Assembly: GCF_009914755.1 (NCBI RefSeq)
Contig: NC_060925.1
DNA: 64,000 bases
Origin: the human T2T-CHM13v2.0 reference genome, Homo sapiens
Strand: one strand, 5' to 3'
The notes below the pieces were generated by a model. It did no database searches. It was not told the origin of the DNA and saw nothing but the letters and a program-made list of their open reading frames with translations. Of this stretch, positions 40,044 through 54,569 are shown in pieces. A program made the translations under genes and the position numbers. Numbering within the stretch: position 1 is the first letter of the stretch; every line of letters begins with the position of its first letter.

Positions 40044-40806
40044 TGGTGATCGTGGTGAAGATGATGGTGATGATGATGGTGACGATGATGGTGACGATGA
40101 TGGTGATGATGGTGATGATGGTGAGGTAGTGGTGATGACGTGGTGGTGGTGATGAAGATGTTGATGACGGCGGTGATGATGGTGATGGCGATGACTGTGA
40201 TGGTGGTGGTAGTGATGACATTGAGGATGACGGTGGTGGTGATGATGATGGTAGTGGTGATGACAATGGTGGTGATGACGGTGATGATGGTAGTGGTGAT
40301 GACAATGGTGGTGATGACGGTGATGATGGTGATGACAGTGGTGATGATGGAGATGGTGATGACGGTGATGATGGCAGTGGTGATGACAGTGACGGTTGTG
40401 ATGGTGATGGTGGTGGTGATGGTGATGATGACGGTGGTGATGAAGGTGATGGTAACAGCGACAGTGATGGTGGTGGGGGTAGATGGTGCCAATGGTGATG
40501 GTGGTGGTGGTGATGGTGATGACAGTGATGATGCAGATGGTGATGACGGTGGTGGTGATGACAGTGACGGTGATGATGACAGTGGTGGTGAAGGTGATGG
40601 TGACAGCAACAATGATGATGGTGGTGGGTGGAGGTGGGAGGGATGGTGACAATGATGACGGTAATGGTGACAGTGACGATGATAGTGGGGGGTGGGGGTA
40701 GGGTGTATGGTGACAGTGGTGTGACGGTGGTGATGATGACAGTGACAATGATGATGATGGTGGTGGTGGTGGTAGAGGTGGGGTGGATGGTGACAATGGT
40801 GGTAAT
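40044..40806. repeat. Degenerate (GGT/GAT/GAC)n trinucleotide low-complexity tract
   Basis: Directly visible; ends ~150 nt before exon 10. Confidence 0.95.
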
Positions 40807-40953
40807 GCAGTTCCTAATGGGTGTTTTCTTTTCCTGTCTGCATTGTCTTCCTGAAAGCGGAGGAAAGAGACTCCTCCCTTGCCTCCCCCTTGCCCAGGAT
40901 GCCTGTGAGGAGCATTCGGGAGCCTCATTACCACTCCCTGGTTTCTATTTCAG

Positions 40954-41051
40954 GATATTGACTGGGTACAGACAGAGAAGCACGTGTTTGAGCAGGCATC
41001 CAGCAACCCCTTCCTGGTCGGATTACACTCCTGCTTCCAGACGACAAGTCG
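40954..41051 (+). CDS. PRKCZ: PRKCZ exon 10 (alphaC helix region)
   Basis: tttcag|GATATT ... AGTCG|gtaaga; 98 nt; [32 protein letters not shown](R). Confidence 0.97.
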
Positions 41052-41524
41052 GTAAGAAAAAGAAGGGTATTTCTGATATTCTGCAGATTTCAGATGTGAA
41101 CTGCACAGAAGCTAAGTCTGGTGTGATGTGTCAACTGTCACCTGTAAGGTTCTCCCAGTTGCTGTACGGGTGTTTTCAGGCCAGCAGACTCTCTTTGTTG
41201 TTCTCCTTGGTTGGTGTCATATTAAGTACATTTCATGATCTGAAGTTATTTAATTCCATTTACGAAATACTTACTGGAGGTATCCCACTGAGTGCAGGCA
41301 TTGGGTCAGGTGCTGGGGCTACAAAAGTAAGCAAAAGAGGTGGATTTCTGTGCTTATTAAAATATGTACAGCTTCACCTTCAAGCTTTATATATACTGGA
41401 ATTCTGTGGCTTTGAATACATTTGAAAGCTGATGATCTAGGATATTAAATGTATGCCCTGTTTAAAATTTTGGGGGCCAGTTGACTTTGACCTACCTGAT
41501 TTGTTTATTTGAAGAGTTATTAAG

Positions 41525-42356
41525 TATGTTCTGCATTGAGTCCTCAAGACCATCCCCAGGTTCGATGATTGGCTAGGAGGACTGCTGGGATCAATCATGG
41601 CCGCACTGGGGGCCACAGCTGGCGTACTGCACTGGGGAGATAAAGGAGACTTGGCCAAGGAAAAAGGCACATGGGGAAAATTCCAGAAGAAACCAGTCAC
41701 AAGCTCCCAAGAGCCCTCTCCCAGTTCCTCCAGCAATGAATTGTGACAACTCATGGTTTTTGTCAAGGGCTGGTCATGCAGGCTGCACACGAACCAAAAT
41801 TCCAGACTCCCAGTGGAGAGCAGGTGTTCAGCATTGCGTTAGTCAGGGTTCTCCTGAGAAACAGAACCAGTTGTGTGCACGTGTGTGTGTGTGTGTAAAG
41901 AGATTTATTATAAGATACTGGTTCATGGGATTATGGAGGCTGAGAAATCCTATAATCCGCCATCTGCAGGCTGGAGGCCCAGGAGAGCCAGTGGCACAGC
42001 TTGAAGGCCTGAGAGCCAGGAGCTGATGGGGTCGCTTCCAGTCCGGGTCTGAAGGCCTCAGAGCTAGGAGCAAGGGGGCCAGAAGGTGGATAGCTCAGTA
42101 GTCAGGGAAACGCAGCCTTCCTCCTCCTTCTTGTTCTCTTCACGTCCCCAGGGGCCTGGATGATGCCAGTCTACTTCAGGGAGGGCCGTCTGCTTACTCT
42201 TCCAGAAGCCCCCTCAACAGGCATGCCCGGAAGTCATGTACAGCCAGCTACTAGGGCGTCCCGTGCCCAGTCACGGTGACCGTTGAATTCACCATCACGA
42301 GCATAAGGCATCCTGTTCAGGCACACACAGTTTGGGCACAGCAAGCAGCTCTTATT
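41525..42356. mobile_element. MER21-like LTR fragment with nested MLT2-type LTR (41835-42299, minus strand; 5-bp TSD AGCAT)
   Basis: Inner element tgcgttagtcagggttctcc ... caccatcacg is flanked by AGCAT at 41830-41834 and 42300-42304. Confidence 0.72.
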
Positions 42357-42364
42357 CCAAAGCT

Positions 42365-42800
<436 letters not shown>

Positions 42801-43686
42801 CGGTCATGCAGAAGCATGTTATATCCGTGTAGGGAACTGTTTGCAGTTCACGTTCCCAGCCCCAGCTCCGGGCCAGCTTTGCGGGCCAGGCTTCCTAAGC
42901 ACAGCGGTCCTAGGCCCTGGGTGCAACCCTCTGCTGCTCGGTTCTTAGCTGTACATCTGGCGACTTGCTCTCCTCCGCTGCACTCTTGGCTCTCCTGACC
43001 GCAGGGTCCTGCTCTTGCCTGTGCTTGGCAGCCACCTCTTGTCTGTCAGAAGAGCCGGCGTGACCCGGCCGTTCCCCGACCTGCTCTACGTGCGGTGCCG
43101 TCCTGGTCAAGGGTTCCTGTTTTCTGGCTGCTTACGCCTCCTAAGTGTGTTTCAGGGTCCCCCACCCTCCCCACCTGACCCCAGGGCTCCCCAGTGTTGG
43201 CTTCCCCATGTTGGGCCTGAGCCATATTTGAGAAACACAGATCTGAAGTCTTTTTCCTGCCTCAAAGCTCCTCTGATTCCTCCTCCCCAGTTGCTTCTGG
43301 GGTAAATTCCAAGCTTCCTGTGCGTGTGGACGAGGCTTGTGGTGACCAGGCCCCAGTGCCCCATCGTGTGCTTCAGCGTGGCGCCCTCGCCCGCACCGCC
43401 TGCGCCTGACGGCTCTGTCCCCTTTCCTTCTGCTCCCCTGCTTCCCGGAGTGAGTCAATGCCTCCCTTTGTGCATTCCCATTGCGCTTTTCCAGGCCTCT
43501 TTCCGCCCTGACTGCCATCCCTTGCGATTTGGGAATACGCCCAGGGGAAGGCAGCCCGGCCCCCCACACTTCCTAAATGGTGAGGTTCCAAGAAGGGTTT
43601 TGTTTTGCTTTGGTTCGTCTTCATATGTGAACTTGTAGGGATGTAGATGTATAAGGGGTCCGATATCCCACCCTCACTTCCCCTGA

Positions 43687-44080
<394 letters not shown>

Positions 44081-45193
44081 TGAGCTCCGGGTTGGGGGGA
44101 GGACCGGCAGCTGCCTTAGTCCAATAGCTGGGGGGCTGTGAAAACTGCCCACAAATTCTTACTGACCACACAGCACCAGACACCCACGTGAAGCAAAGCC
44201 AACATCGGCAAGGCGGCCACGCGTCCGGGTGGCGGAAAAGTCTGGCCTGGCCCAGGTGGGTGTGCTCGGCTGTGCCGCCTCTGCTCCCTGGTCACTGGAG
44301 GTGACTGCAGGCTTTATGAGGACTTCCTCTTTGTGCGCTGGTTCTGCTGGAACATCCAGCTGAGGTTTTGCGTGGGCCCCTTGCTGAGGGCCAGGTGAAT
44401 AACACGCAGAACAGGACACTCCTTCGCTCTGGGCGGCCTCACAGCTCCCGGGCCATATCCAGGGGGAACCTGGCCGATGAAACTGCAGAGGTTTCCACAC
44501 AAGTTTGGTTCCCATAAAGGGTCTGTGAGTGGGGAAGAATCAGAATTGCTTTCTTTCCACCCCAAATCTGGTCTTGCCTCTTCTGGCCGGCCATGTTCGT
44601 GTCCACTGGGCGGCTACAGGGAATTCCTGAATGTTACAGTTCAACATTAGTCTCACCTCGTGTGTCCAGATGGAGAGAAACAATTCATTCGCAGTTTTAA
44701 GACACAATAAGCACCTGCTTTATGGACAAACCATACCCCATATCTACACAGACAGCCCACCTTTTCCAGACAGCAGCCAAAATTGAAATGAGCCATAAAG
44801 TCTCCAAAACGAGAAATCGCTTCAGTTTAAGCTATTTCAGGAAAACCAGGTAACTAGAGATTTAGCTGAAATGACTACTTTCAGCGTCCCCCGCCCCATT
44901 CAACTGGAGTCGGAGGACGCTTTCTCACTAAGGCACGGTGATCTCAGATGGTAGGTGAGCAAACTACCCTTAAAATACGCCCATTCACTCGCTGTTCTAA
45001 AATAAAATCTCTTACTGTTTGCCACGGTTGATTATTTTACATTCATTCACACTCAATGTTTCTTTAAAAAGAACAAACACACACCTTTGCTTATCTGTGG
45101 AAGCGCTTCTCAGGCCGTGCACTGACTGAGACACTTGAGTAAGCTCTTCTTGGTCAAACTGACTTCTAGACATGAAAAGCACTTCACCCAGCA

Positions 45194-45229
<36 letters not shown>
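45194..45229. repeat. (TG)n microsatellite
   Basis: Directly visible. Confidence 0.93.
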
Positions 45230-45230
<1 letters not shown>

Positions 45231-47087
45231 AGTTATGCTTTGAAACCTGCCCGAAGCTCTGGAGAGGGAGACAGCTTTACTAACAGCAGAGAGTGACGTC
45301 CCTGGAACTGGTCACCAGCGTCAGGAGGCGTGGCACCCGGGGAGGGTCCGCAGGGAGCAGAGTGGGACTCCGTGGAGAGGGGGGCAGGCAAGGGTTGGGT
45401 CACGTAGGAGGGGCTCATGGGGGACAGGCCTGTGGGAAGGACGAGGGCAATGGTGTGTGTCAGGGACAGAAGAGAACCAGGCCTGAAGGTGCCAGGGGCT
45501 TTCGAAGCTGGACTTGGCCAAGAGGCCCTGGGATGCGGAGGCCCCAGGGATTCTCAGTGCAGTGCTGGTGTTGGGCAGGCACTCGTGTGAGGAGTAGGAT
45601 CTGGGCCGCAGAAGCCAGAGGGACCTGCTGGGCCTGTCATGGCCTGGAGGGAAGCCTTAGGGGGTGGGGAGGAGGGGCCTGTCCCCATGTGGGGGAGTCA
45701 CCCCGGTTCGCAGAAGTCAGGGCAGTGCTGGCCAGACAGGCACAGAGCGGAGCCAGCCTGGACGTGGAGGACTCGGGGGTGCTGTGGCCTGGGATGGAGA
45801 CGCCCCGCCCCGCCGGGGGTGATTGTGGTTGTGGGTGTGTGAGAAAGAGGTGAGGGTGTGACGGGGTCTGACCCTGGGGTGCTGCCTCCTCAGGGCTGCA
45901 GGAGGAGGCGCCGCCGTCGGGGTGGAGGCAGTAGAGGGAAGGGCTCAGTGGGTGCCACAGCAAGGACAGCCTCGGCCGCGACCTTGGGAAGGGCAGGTGC
46001 CTCTTCTTGGGGAACATGAGTCACCTCCCTTTCAAAACCCATCCGTGTGCTGGAGTCATGGGAGCTCAGAACAGAAGGAGAGATCCTGACTGACACCCGT
46101 AGGGCCCAGCGTGGGCGCAGCCGCCTCAGCCTTTGTTCTGCCGACACACGGTGACGGCTCAGCGGCCCCCTGATTTGCTCACTTTTAATCGGGGTTGCCT
46201 AAAATGGTAAAAGTGCCACCCTAAACCCTAGCACTTCCGGAGCAGGACGCTTGGGCCTGTGGCCCCCACAAGGCTGTGCACGGGAGAAGGGGCTCTTCCC
46301 AGCATCAGGGGCCTGGCAGGAGCCAGGGGCTTGGTTTGCCTTTTGCATTGCGAGGGCGTCCTGCACTCTTCGGGAACACTGCGGACAGCTGCGCATGCAT
46401 CCTCCCAGAGCCCTGGGCAGTGAGGGGCCCTCGGGGACCCCCAGGACATGGGCTTTGGGACACACCTGCAGTGTACAGGGGGCCCTGCTGTTTCCTGATG
46501 TGGTGTCACAGGCCACACAGGACTGTGCAGAACACGGGAGAAAGGGATGCGTTGTCTGTAGTTCTAATCGGGAGGCACTGGCCGCTCTTAGAACAGGTCA
46601 GGGGGCAGGTGTCATTGCCATTCGGGGTCACGTTAGGACCGGGGGACCTCCACTGCAGGCTTGGAGATGATTTTGCTAGTAGTGAGCAGAGATGAGGTCA
46701 TGGCATCTCCCCTTCTCCATCCAGACCCGAACGTCCCATGCCACTGCGCCCTGCATGGTTCCCAGGATGAGCAGGGATAGGGGTGGCAGCCCTGGAGCCA
46801 CCTGGAGTCTCCTTAGTTGAAGGAACTTTCAGGACCGGTCCTGAAATTGTGCCTTTGCTGCTTAACTACTAGATAACGACAGAGACCACATAAAACAAGA
46901 GCCTCTTTATAAACTTGTATCCCATTTTAACGTGCAGGAAAGAACCTTCGTCCGCACTCCAAAGACCCTTGACTAACCAGCGTCACCATCCAGACAGTTT
47001 TGCCTCGTTTTTCCTTTTCTCTTGTTTATTTTTCCATGTGGACTTTATAATCAACCCGTCTGCCTCCAGAAAGAAAAAGAAACTGGG

Positions 47088-47390
47088 ATTTTCTTTTCTT
47101 TTCTTTGAGAAGGGGTCTTGCTCTGTCACCCAGGCCGGAGTGCAGTGGCGCAATCTTGGCTCACTGCAACCTCCGCCCCCTGGGTTCGAGGAATTCTCAT
47201 GCCTCAACCCCCCGAGTAGCTGGGAATACAGGCCCCTGCCACCACACCCAGTTAATCTTTGTATTTTTAGTAGAGACGGGGTTTCACCCTGTTGGCCAGG
47301 CTGGTCTCAAACTCCCAACCTCAAGTGATCCACCTGCCTGGGCCTCCCAAAGTGCTGGGATTACAGGTGTAAGCCACTGGGCCTGGCCCG
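47088..47390 (-). mobile_element. Alu (AluS-like) with TSD GAAACTGG(G/C)ATTTT
   Basis: Full reverse Alu with matching flanks. Confidence 0.92.
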
Positions 47391-47567
47391 AAACTGGCAT
47401 TTTCATTGGGATTTGTTAAGTTCACACATTACCTGGGGCGAAATTGACATCCTTCTAAGTGTTGGATCTTCCCATTCAGGAACCCGGTTTACCTTTTCAT
47501 TCACTCACATCCTCTTTCAGGAGACTCTTGAAGTCTTCATGTGGTTTTCTTCACTTCCTTGTCTAAT

Positions 47568-47704
47568 TATTATTATTATTATTTTTACAGATGGGGGTCT
47601 TGCTATGTTGCCCAATCTGGTCTCAAACTCCTGGGCTCAAACGATTCTCCCACCTCAGCTTCCCAGAGTGCTGGCATTTCAGGCGTGAGCCACGGTGCCT
47701 GGCC
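47568..47704 (-). mobile_element. Monomeric Alu (FLAM-like) with (ATT)n tail
   Basis: Reverse left monomer. Confidence 0.85.
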
Positions 47705-47826
47705 ACTTCCTTGTTTAATTTTGTCTTGAGTGTTTCATCTCGTTTCTGTTATAAACGAGGTATTTTTTCTTCTCTCAGAGCATCCAGCAGCAGGCAGCTT
47801 GGTCTCTGCGTGGTAACTGTGGGCCC

Positions 47827-47931
47827 CATGGCTTCTGAGTTCTCTTCCTTGTAGTAACTTTCATGGCTTCTGAGTTCTCTTCCTTGTAGTAACTTTCATG
47901 GCTTCTGAGTTCTTCCTTGTAGTAACTTTCA
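47827..47931. repeat. Three-copy 35-bp tandem repeat CATGGCTTCTGAGTTCTCTTCCTTGTAGTAACTTT
   Basis: Directly visible; third copy lacks 2 bp. Confidence 0.95.
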
Positions 47932-48565
47932 GGTGGTTTTCTGGGGCTTTGGATGCACAGGGTTAGCATCTGCAGGTGGGGCAGCATCACCCACCTCAGC
48001 CGCTGCAACCAGGTCGTGCCGTCTCTGTTCATCTTCCTCTCTGGTGACAGTGGCCAGCACCTGCCTCACTGGGGTGACGTTGACACTGGACGGCCCTGTC
48101 CTATTCCTGACCCCAGCTGGAACACTTTGCACCGGAAGCGCAGTGCCATCCTCAAGGCAGAACGGAAGCATTTACCCATCTCGGGCAGGCAGCATTTGCC
48201 CTGGCATGTGCAAAGGGTGTTGGGAGGGCCACAGGGGAGAGGAGAGACAGGGGCTCTGCCTGCAGCCGTGGAACTGGGTTCTGGAGCCCACAGAGGAGCT
48301 GTCCCTGCCTGAGCTGTTGGAGACGGGAACGGACCCTCCCAGTTCCTGGGCCCATCATCTGGTCTCTGAGGACACCTGCTGGCAAAGGCCCTGGCAATGA
48401 TACATACAGCCTCTCAGCCCCCAGCCACTGGGAGAAGGTTCTAGAAAGGCTGAGCAGCAGCGTGAAGCTGAGAGAAGATGACCGATAACTGCATGCAGAG
48501 GTGTGACTTGTCCTATTAAGGGACTTTCCACCCATTTCTGTTTTGCTATCAAGAAAAAACACTGA

Positions 48566-48967
<402 letters not shown>

Positions 48968-50344
48968 TCATCGTAATGTAGCTGCTGGTATTGAACCATC
49001 CTTAGATTCCTGGGGAAAACCGTGCCCTGTCTTAGTGTGCTACTCTGTTAATGTGCTTCTGAATTCAATTTGCTGATATTTTATTTAGGATTTTTTTTTG
49101 TTGATATTCATATTGTTTTAGTTTAGAATCTTCAGGACACAGAGCTACTGCTCCAGTGATCAAGGGAGACACAGGATGGAAACACACCTTTTGTCACCCA
49201 CAGGCCTTGGGGGTATACAACCTGCTGGGAGGCCAGGGAGCGTAAAGAGAGACAGGGACCCCTGGGCCAACCCTTTATTGGGTCCAGGGTGTTCTGCACA
49301 CAGGTTTCCCATGGGAAGTTTTAACTGATGGACTTAAAGCAAGCAGGCCTGAGCTCCGTGGGGCCACACTGTGACTGTCGGGGGACTCTGCAGTGTGGCT
49401 GCACAGTCCATGTTGGGTGTGGTATCAGTGGGGCTGCAGGGAAGTCACCAGGGGGCAGTTGCATAGGGTGGGTGTCTGGATGGGCCAGCTCGAGGAATGG
49501 GGGATGTGGAACTGGAAACTGTCAGGGCGACAGCCCTGCTTCTGGTGGGAGAAAGTCCAGCTTAGATCCAGAATGGATGCCGAGGCAGCCTAAAACCATG
49601 AGCGTTCCCTGCACACTCTGGCGTCTGATCTCTAGCTTCCCTTTCTTGTGCAAGCTTCATTGGATTTTTAAATTTTCCTAATTTTTCAATTCCCGGGAAC
49701 ATTCTAAATTGCGTTATTACCTCTTGGCGGGATCCCTGTGCGATTGCCGGGCCTTGGGTGTCGTGGAGGGCAGCTGCCTCGCTCCGCCCTGGCTTTCGTG
49801 ATGTTGTGAGCTTTACCCTGCCGAGGCTGGGTGTTCTCACCCAGTCCCACGGCTGCACCCTGCCTTGCCTTCTCCTCTGCTCAACTTCACCCCAGGCCGT
49901 GTCTCCTGGCTCCAGGAAGGTGAGGGGCTGCCTCCCATGCGTCCTTTCATGTTGAGGACACCCGTGTTTGCCTTTGCACGTGAGCCCCATTGTCGCTGGG
50001 ACACACTGCCCTCCAGTGCTCGAGTGCATTTCCTGGGCACTTTCTGGCCTTTTATCTTTGATGGAGAAATCCGAGGCCTGCCAGCATCCCCACCAGTAGA
50101 TTTCTTTGGACGAAGTAAAATCCTTCTGTGGATTCAGCTTTACCGCCTTTCCTCATCTGCTGGTGTCTTCCTCAGAGCTTTAATGTCCGTCCTGCTCTCC
50201 GAGTCAGGAATCTGATTTTCCAGCGTGCCCTGTAATGACGGTGCTGTCACCGCTGTGATGTCCGCTGTGAGGTGGGGACAGGACCTGGAAGTGGGGTTTC
50301 CAAGTGAGGGTTCTGGGCCCGCCCGAGTCATCTGATGTTGGGTC

Positions 50345-50500
50345 TGACAAGCCAGGAGCTGTGTGAGCCGGAGAACGTCCCCTAACCTGTCTGTGCCTCG
50401 GCTTCCCCATCTGTAAAATGGCGAGAGCTGAACTTACTTCCTGGTGATGGGGTCAAGTGCGTTAACACAGAGGGACTTGGAGACTGACGCTTACTGAGGG
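50345..50500 (+). mobile_element. MIR fragment
   Basis: ctgtgcctcggcttccccatctgtaaaatgg. Confidence 0.65.
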
Positions 50501-50507
50501 CCACACC

Positions 50508-50715
50508 AGCGGTCAGCAAAGGTTGTCTTAAAGGGTCAGGCAGTAAATATTTCCACCTTTGTGGGCCATGCGGCCTCTGTGGCAACTATGCGTTCTAAAA
50601 CAGAAGCAGCCTTAGACACTGCGTGAAGGGACGCGTGTGGCCGTGTTCCACCAGAACTTTCTGTACACACATGGTGGTGGCCCGCCCGGACCCATCTGGT
50701 TAATTCTTGACTCTC
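50508..50715 (+). mobile_element. MER58-like hAT DNA transposon
   Basis: cagcggtcagcaaa..taaagggtcagg..agtaaatattt..tctgtggcaacta..aagcagcc. Confidence 0.65.
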
Positions 50716-51100
50716 AGGGCAGCGTCTCCTGTGCCTCCAGGAGAGGGCTGTGGTTCCTCCCTCTGAGCCGGGCACCTTGCATTCCTGGAAGGGGTGGGGG
50801 GAGTGGCGAGGAGGGGGCGGCACCAAGGACAGGGCCCACCTCCTAGGAGGTTTTGTGAGCTTCCCTCAGCCCCCGGCCGCCCCCTAGGAGGTTTCGTGAG
50901 CTTCCAGCATCCCCCTGCGGCCACTGTCCCTCCATTTCCCATGTCTGTTGGATGGTGCCGGTTCCAGGGCAGGGTCAGGGACTGGATCCGGCTGCGGTCT
51001 GCGTCTCGCCTGGTTCCTGAGAGCTGCACTTTGTCTTTGGTTGTTGATGAATCCATTTTTGCTGGCGTTCTTCACGTTTGTGTATTTGATTAAGTATCAT

Positions 51101-51413
<313 letters not shown>

Positions 51414-51528
51414 TCATGACTCCCGCCTCCCGCCTCCCATCTGGGCTCTGCTTGCTCCTCTCCCCTTGCAAACATGAGAGGAGCGTTAATGCCAGGACAG
51501 GGAGCAGGGAGGGGCATCCCCAGCGCCT

Positions 51529-51725
51529 CCAGGCCACAACATGGCGAGTGTGGCTACCAGGACACGGAGGGGCAGCCTCAGCCCCCTCCCCCAGGCCACG
51601 ACATGGCGAGTGTGGCTACCAGGACACGGAGGGGCAGCCTCAGCCCCCCCCAGGCCACGACATGGCGAGTGTGGCTACCAGGACATGGAGGGGCACCTTC
51701 AGCCCCCCACCCCCACCCCCAGGCT
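51529..51725. repeat. Three-copy ~60-bp tandem repeat
   Basis: CCAGGCCAC(A/G)ACATGGCGAGTGTGGCTACCAGGACA(C/T)GGAGGGGCA... starts at 51529, 51591 and 51650. Confidence 0.95.
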
Positions 51726-52564
51726 GTGCTTCCCAGCATCCCTTGGGGTCAGGACTGTGTGTGTCACTGAGGGGCTACGGGTGAAGCCACACACGCCCCT
51801 GGCCTGGCCTTGCGCCCCTGCCTGAGAGCCTCTATGCAGGACAGCGCCTGTGGGGCACCCAAGTGGGCCGAGCCCATGTGGATTACAGGTGCACACCACC
51901 AGCGTGAGGAGAGGAGTGGGCTCGGAGCATGCTCAGCCATGGTCCCAGGCATCTTGTCAGCAGCCAGCTCAGCTTGTGTCACGCAGAGTCGCCTTAGAGT
52001 GAATTGACACCAGATTGTCCTGGTGGGTTTTTGCTCTGAAGAAATGTCAAAAGTAGCATTAAGGTTTTTCTGTAGACAAAAAAACCCCACCATCATTGCA
52101 GCTTGAGCAGTTGCAAATTAAATAAATTCCTTCCTCAGCAAGCTGCCTGGGTCCTAGGCCTTGGGCAGAGAGAACTGGCTTTCAGCACAGTTCCCGTGAT
52201 TGGCTTTTCTCTGGAGAAGAAGGGGAAGCGGCCTCCGCCTCTACCTCTCTAAGTGTTTAAATGTCCCCCAAATTCTCTCAGCCTCCTGAGGCATTGTATT
52301 GATGCTTTTCTCTAGAATTCATGTATTTCTTTATTTTCTCTGGAAATGGCATTGGCTTTGTCCCCGTCCTATGGGCCGTGATAGCTTAAAGTTAGGATGA
52401 ACCCACAGAGGCCGTGGAGGCCCTTCCCAGGCGCCGCAGCAGCACTGTTGGGGTGAACGTGGCTCCTCTCGGGGGGACAGGTGGAAGGGACCAGCACCCA
52501 TTGGGGCGTGTAACTCCTGGTGGCAAAAAATGTGCGGTGAAGTCACCCTAAGGGTTTTTGTGGT

Positions 52565-52871
52565 TTTTTGTATTTTTATTTTATTCTTTGAGACAGAGTC
52601 TTGCTCTGTCACCCAGGCTGGAGTGCAGTGGCGCAATCTCAGCTCACTGCAGCCTGTGCCTCCTGGGTTCAGGCGATTCTCCTGCCCTCAGCCTCCCGAG
52701 TAGCTGAGATTACAGGTGCACACCACCAGCCCTGGGTCATTTTTGTATCTTTAGTAGAGATGAGGTTTCACCATGTTGGCCAGGATGGTCTCGAACTCCT
52801 GACCTCAGGTGATCTGCTTGCCTTGGCCTCCCAGAATGCTGGGATTACAGGCGTGAGCCACCACGCCCAGG
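52565..52871 (-). mobile_element. Alu (AluS-like) with TSD CTAAGGGTTTT
   Basis: Full reverse Alu with matching flanks. Confidence 0.92.
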
Positions 52872-53082
52872 CACTCTAAGGGTTTTGAATAAATTCTTTC
52901 TTAACGTTTTCTGACCGACTCTTAGGTCGTGGGTGTCCTCCAGGGGTTGGAGGCCTTCATGGAGCTTCGTTCCGTGGGGTTGACGTTACTGAACGAGTCC
53001 CTCCACGGGTGCACTGAGGACGTTCCTGCACATCGAGGGCACCCTCAGAGCTGCTCTTTCTGTCATTGCTATTTTGTTTATA

Positions 53083-53270
53083 CCGGGGATTGGCAAACTT
53101 TTTCTTGAAGGGCCCAAGAGTAGACATTTTTGGCTTTGCGGCCACAGGGTCTCTGTTAGCAACTCCCTCTGCCACGGTGGCTGGAAAGCAGACATAGAAA
53201 ATAGATGCACCAGTGAGCATAGCCTCGTTCCAATAAAACTTTATTTACAAAACAGGGAGCAGTGGACCAG
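53083..53270 (+). mobile_element. MER58A-like hAT DNA transposon
   Basis: ggggattggcaaacttttt..ggctttgcggcca..gttccaataaaactttatttacaaaa. Confidence 0.75.
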
Positions 53271-54482
53271 CGAGTCCCCAAGGACAAGGGCCAGGTTACC
53301 AGAGAATTTCCAGGCACATCCGTTGGAGGCAGGGGAGACAACAAAAGCCGAGGAACGAGCCTTCCCCAGCCGCTCCCCAAAGGCACGGCTTATTCTTCAG
53401 GGTGCCCGACTGGCCACGTGGACGTCTCTCCAGCTCCTCACTTGGGGCCCAGGGCTCTTTCGATTTTTAGGAGTTTGTTTCCAATCAGAAACTTCACAGA
53501 TGATTTGCAGCCAGTTCACCTGCCCTGTGTAAACTGGCCTCTGTCCTCTCTGGCTTAATTCTGGGAGCTTGTGGAGGGCAGGAGCAGGGACAGGTGCCTT
53601 GAGGCGTAACAGTGGCGGTGGTGTGGGAGCTTGCGTGGGATCGAAGGAAACGGGCAGAGTCACCACACGCTTCCCTCCTTCACTCCCCGCTCCACGAGGG
53701 GCAGCCAGGAGCAGCCACCAGTCGGAAGCAAATAAACAATTCAGGTGCCAGAGGAGCCGCTGACCTAAAAAAACCCGCCACAGGGTATTTCTGGGAGATT
53801 GTATGAGAATTTAATTTTGAAAATTGAGTCTCATGAAATGTAGGAAAAGATCTTATTAGGAAGAGAAACCATGTGGCCCAGTCCCTGAGACGGGAAGGGC
53901 CTGCGTGGTCCTGATGACATCTGCGGATCTTTTAAAATCATACGATCATGTCTGCGAAACCGGGATGCCACTTCCCACCTGGCTTCTCCCTGACCCCAGC
54001 TTGTTCCCTTGGAGGGCCGGTGGACTCCTCAGCCTTGCAGCAATGAAATCAGGCCTTGAGGCCACCCCACCCGTGACCTGCGGTGCTGTCCCCATGCAAG
54101 AAACTGCCTCGCTCCAGCCCCCAGCAGATCCTGTCCCAGCCCCCAGCCCTGGTCCAAGCCACCTCCACTCCCACCTGGTGACGGGCCACCTCCTTCATTC
54201 CGGGGCCCACCCACACTTCCCAAGTCCACACACAGTGGCCAAGAGTGAAGGCCGGCGAGGCCCCCGCATGACTCCCTCACCTGCACCCTTCACGAGCGGC
54301 CCCGCAGCCCGTCCCCACCAGCCCCTCTCTGCTGCCAGGGTGCTCCTGCTGCTCTTTGCTCTTTGCAAGACTGAACCTGCGGGAGGGTTCGGGCCCACGA
54401 AGGCCGCTTCTGTGGGGCTTCTGTCTAAGGAGGCCGCCGTCTGCCGAGGTGACTGCAGCCTCCGGCGCCTCTCTCCCTGCAG

Positions 54483-54569
54483 GTTGTTCCTGGTCATTGA
54501 GTACGTCAACGGCGGGGACCTGATGTTCCACATGCAGAGGCAGAGGAAGCTCCCTGAGGAGCACGCCAG
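54483..54569 (+). CDS. PRKCZ: PRKCZ exon 11 (kinase hinge)
   Basis: ccctgcag|GTTG ... GCCAG|gtgggt; 87 nt; [28 protein letters not shown](R). Confidence 0.98.

Noticed and set aside
39908-40934. His-rich, Thr/Ile-rich and Val/Met-rich ORFs
   Set aside because: Translations of a degenerate trinucleotide tract.
44081-45190. Unexplained sequence abutting a truncated AluY (possible LTR or retrocopy)
   Set aside because: No TSD, poly-A tail or recognisable ORF or consensus by eye. It needs RepeatMasker or BLAST.
49140-49560. Possible ERVL-type LTR (MER74/MER54-like)
   Set aside because: Resemblance is too weak from memory to assign a family or boundaries.
53231-53237. AATAAA as an intronic poly(A) signal
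   Set aside because: It is part of the MER58 consensus sequence, far from any exon, with no other support.
53905-54482. ~190-codon open frame leading in frame into exon 11 (similar extensions surround exons 5, 6, 12 and 14)
   Set aside because: Stop-poor GC-rich intron sequence. Canonical acceptors define the true exon starts, and the extensions have no kinase-like or other recognisable sequence.
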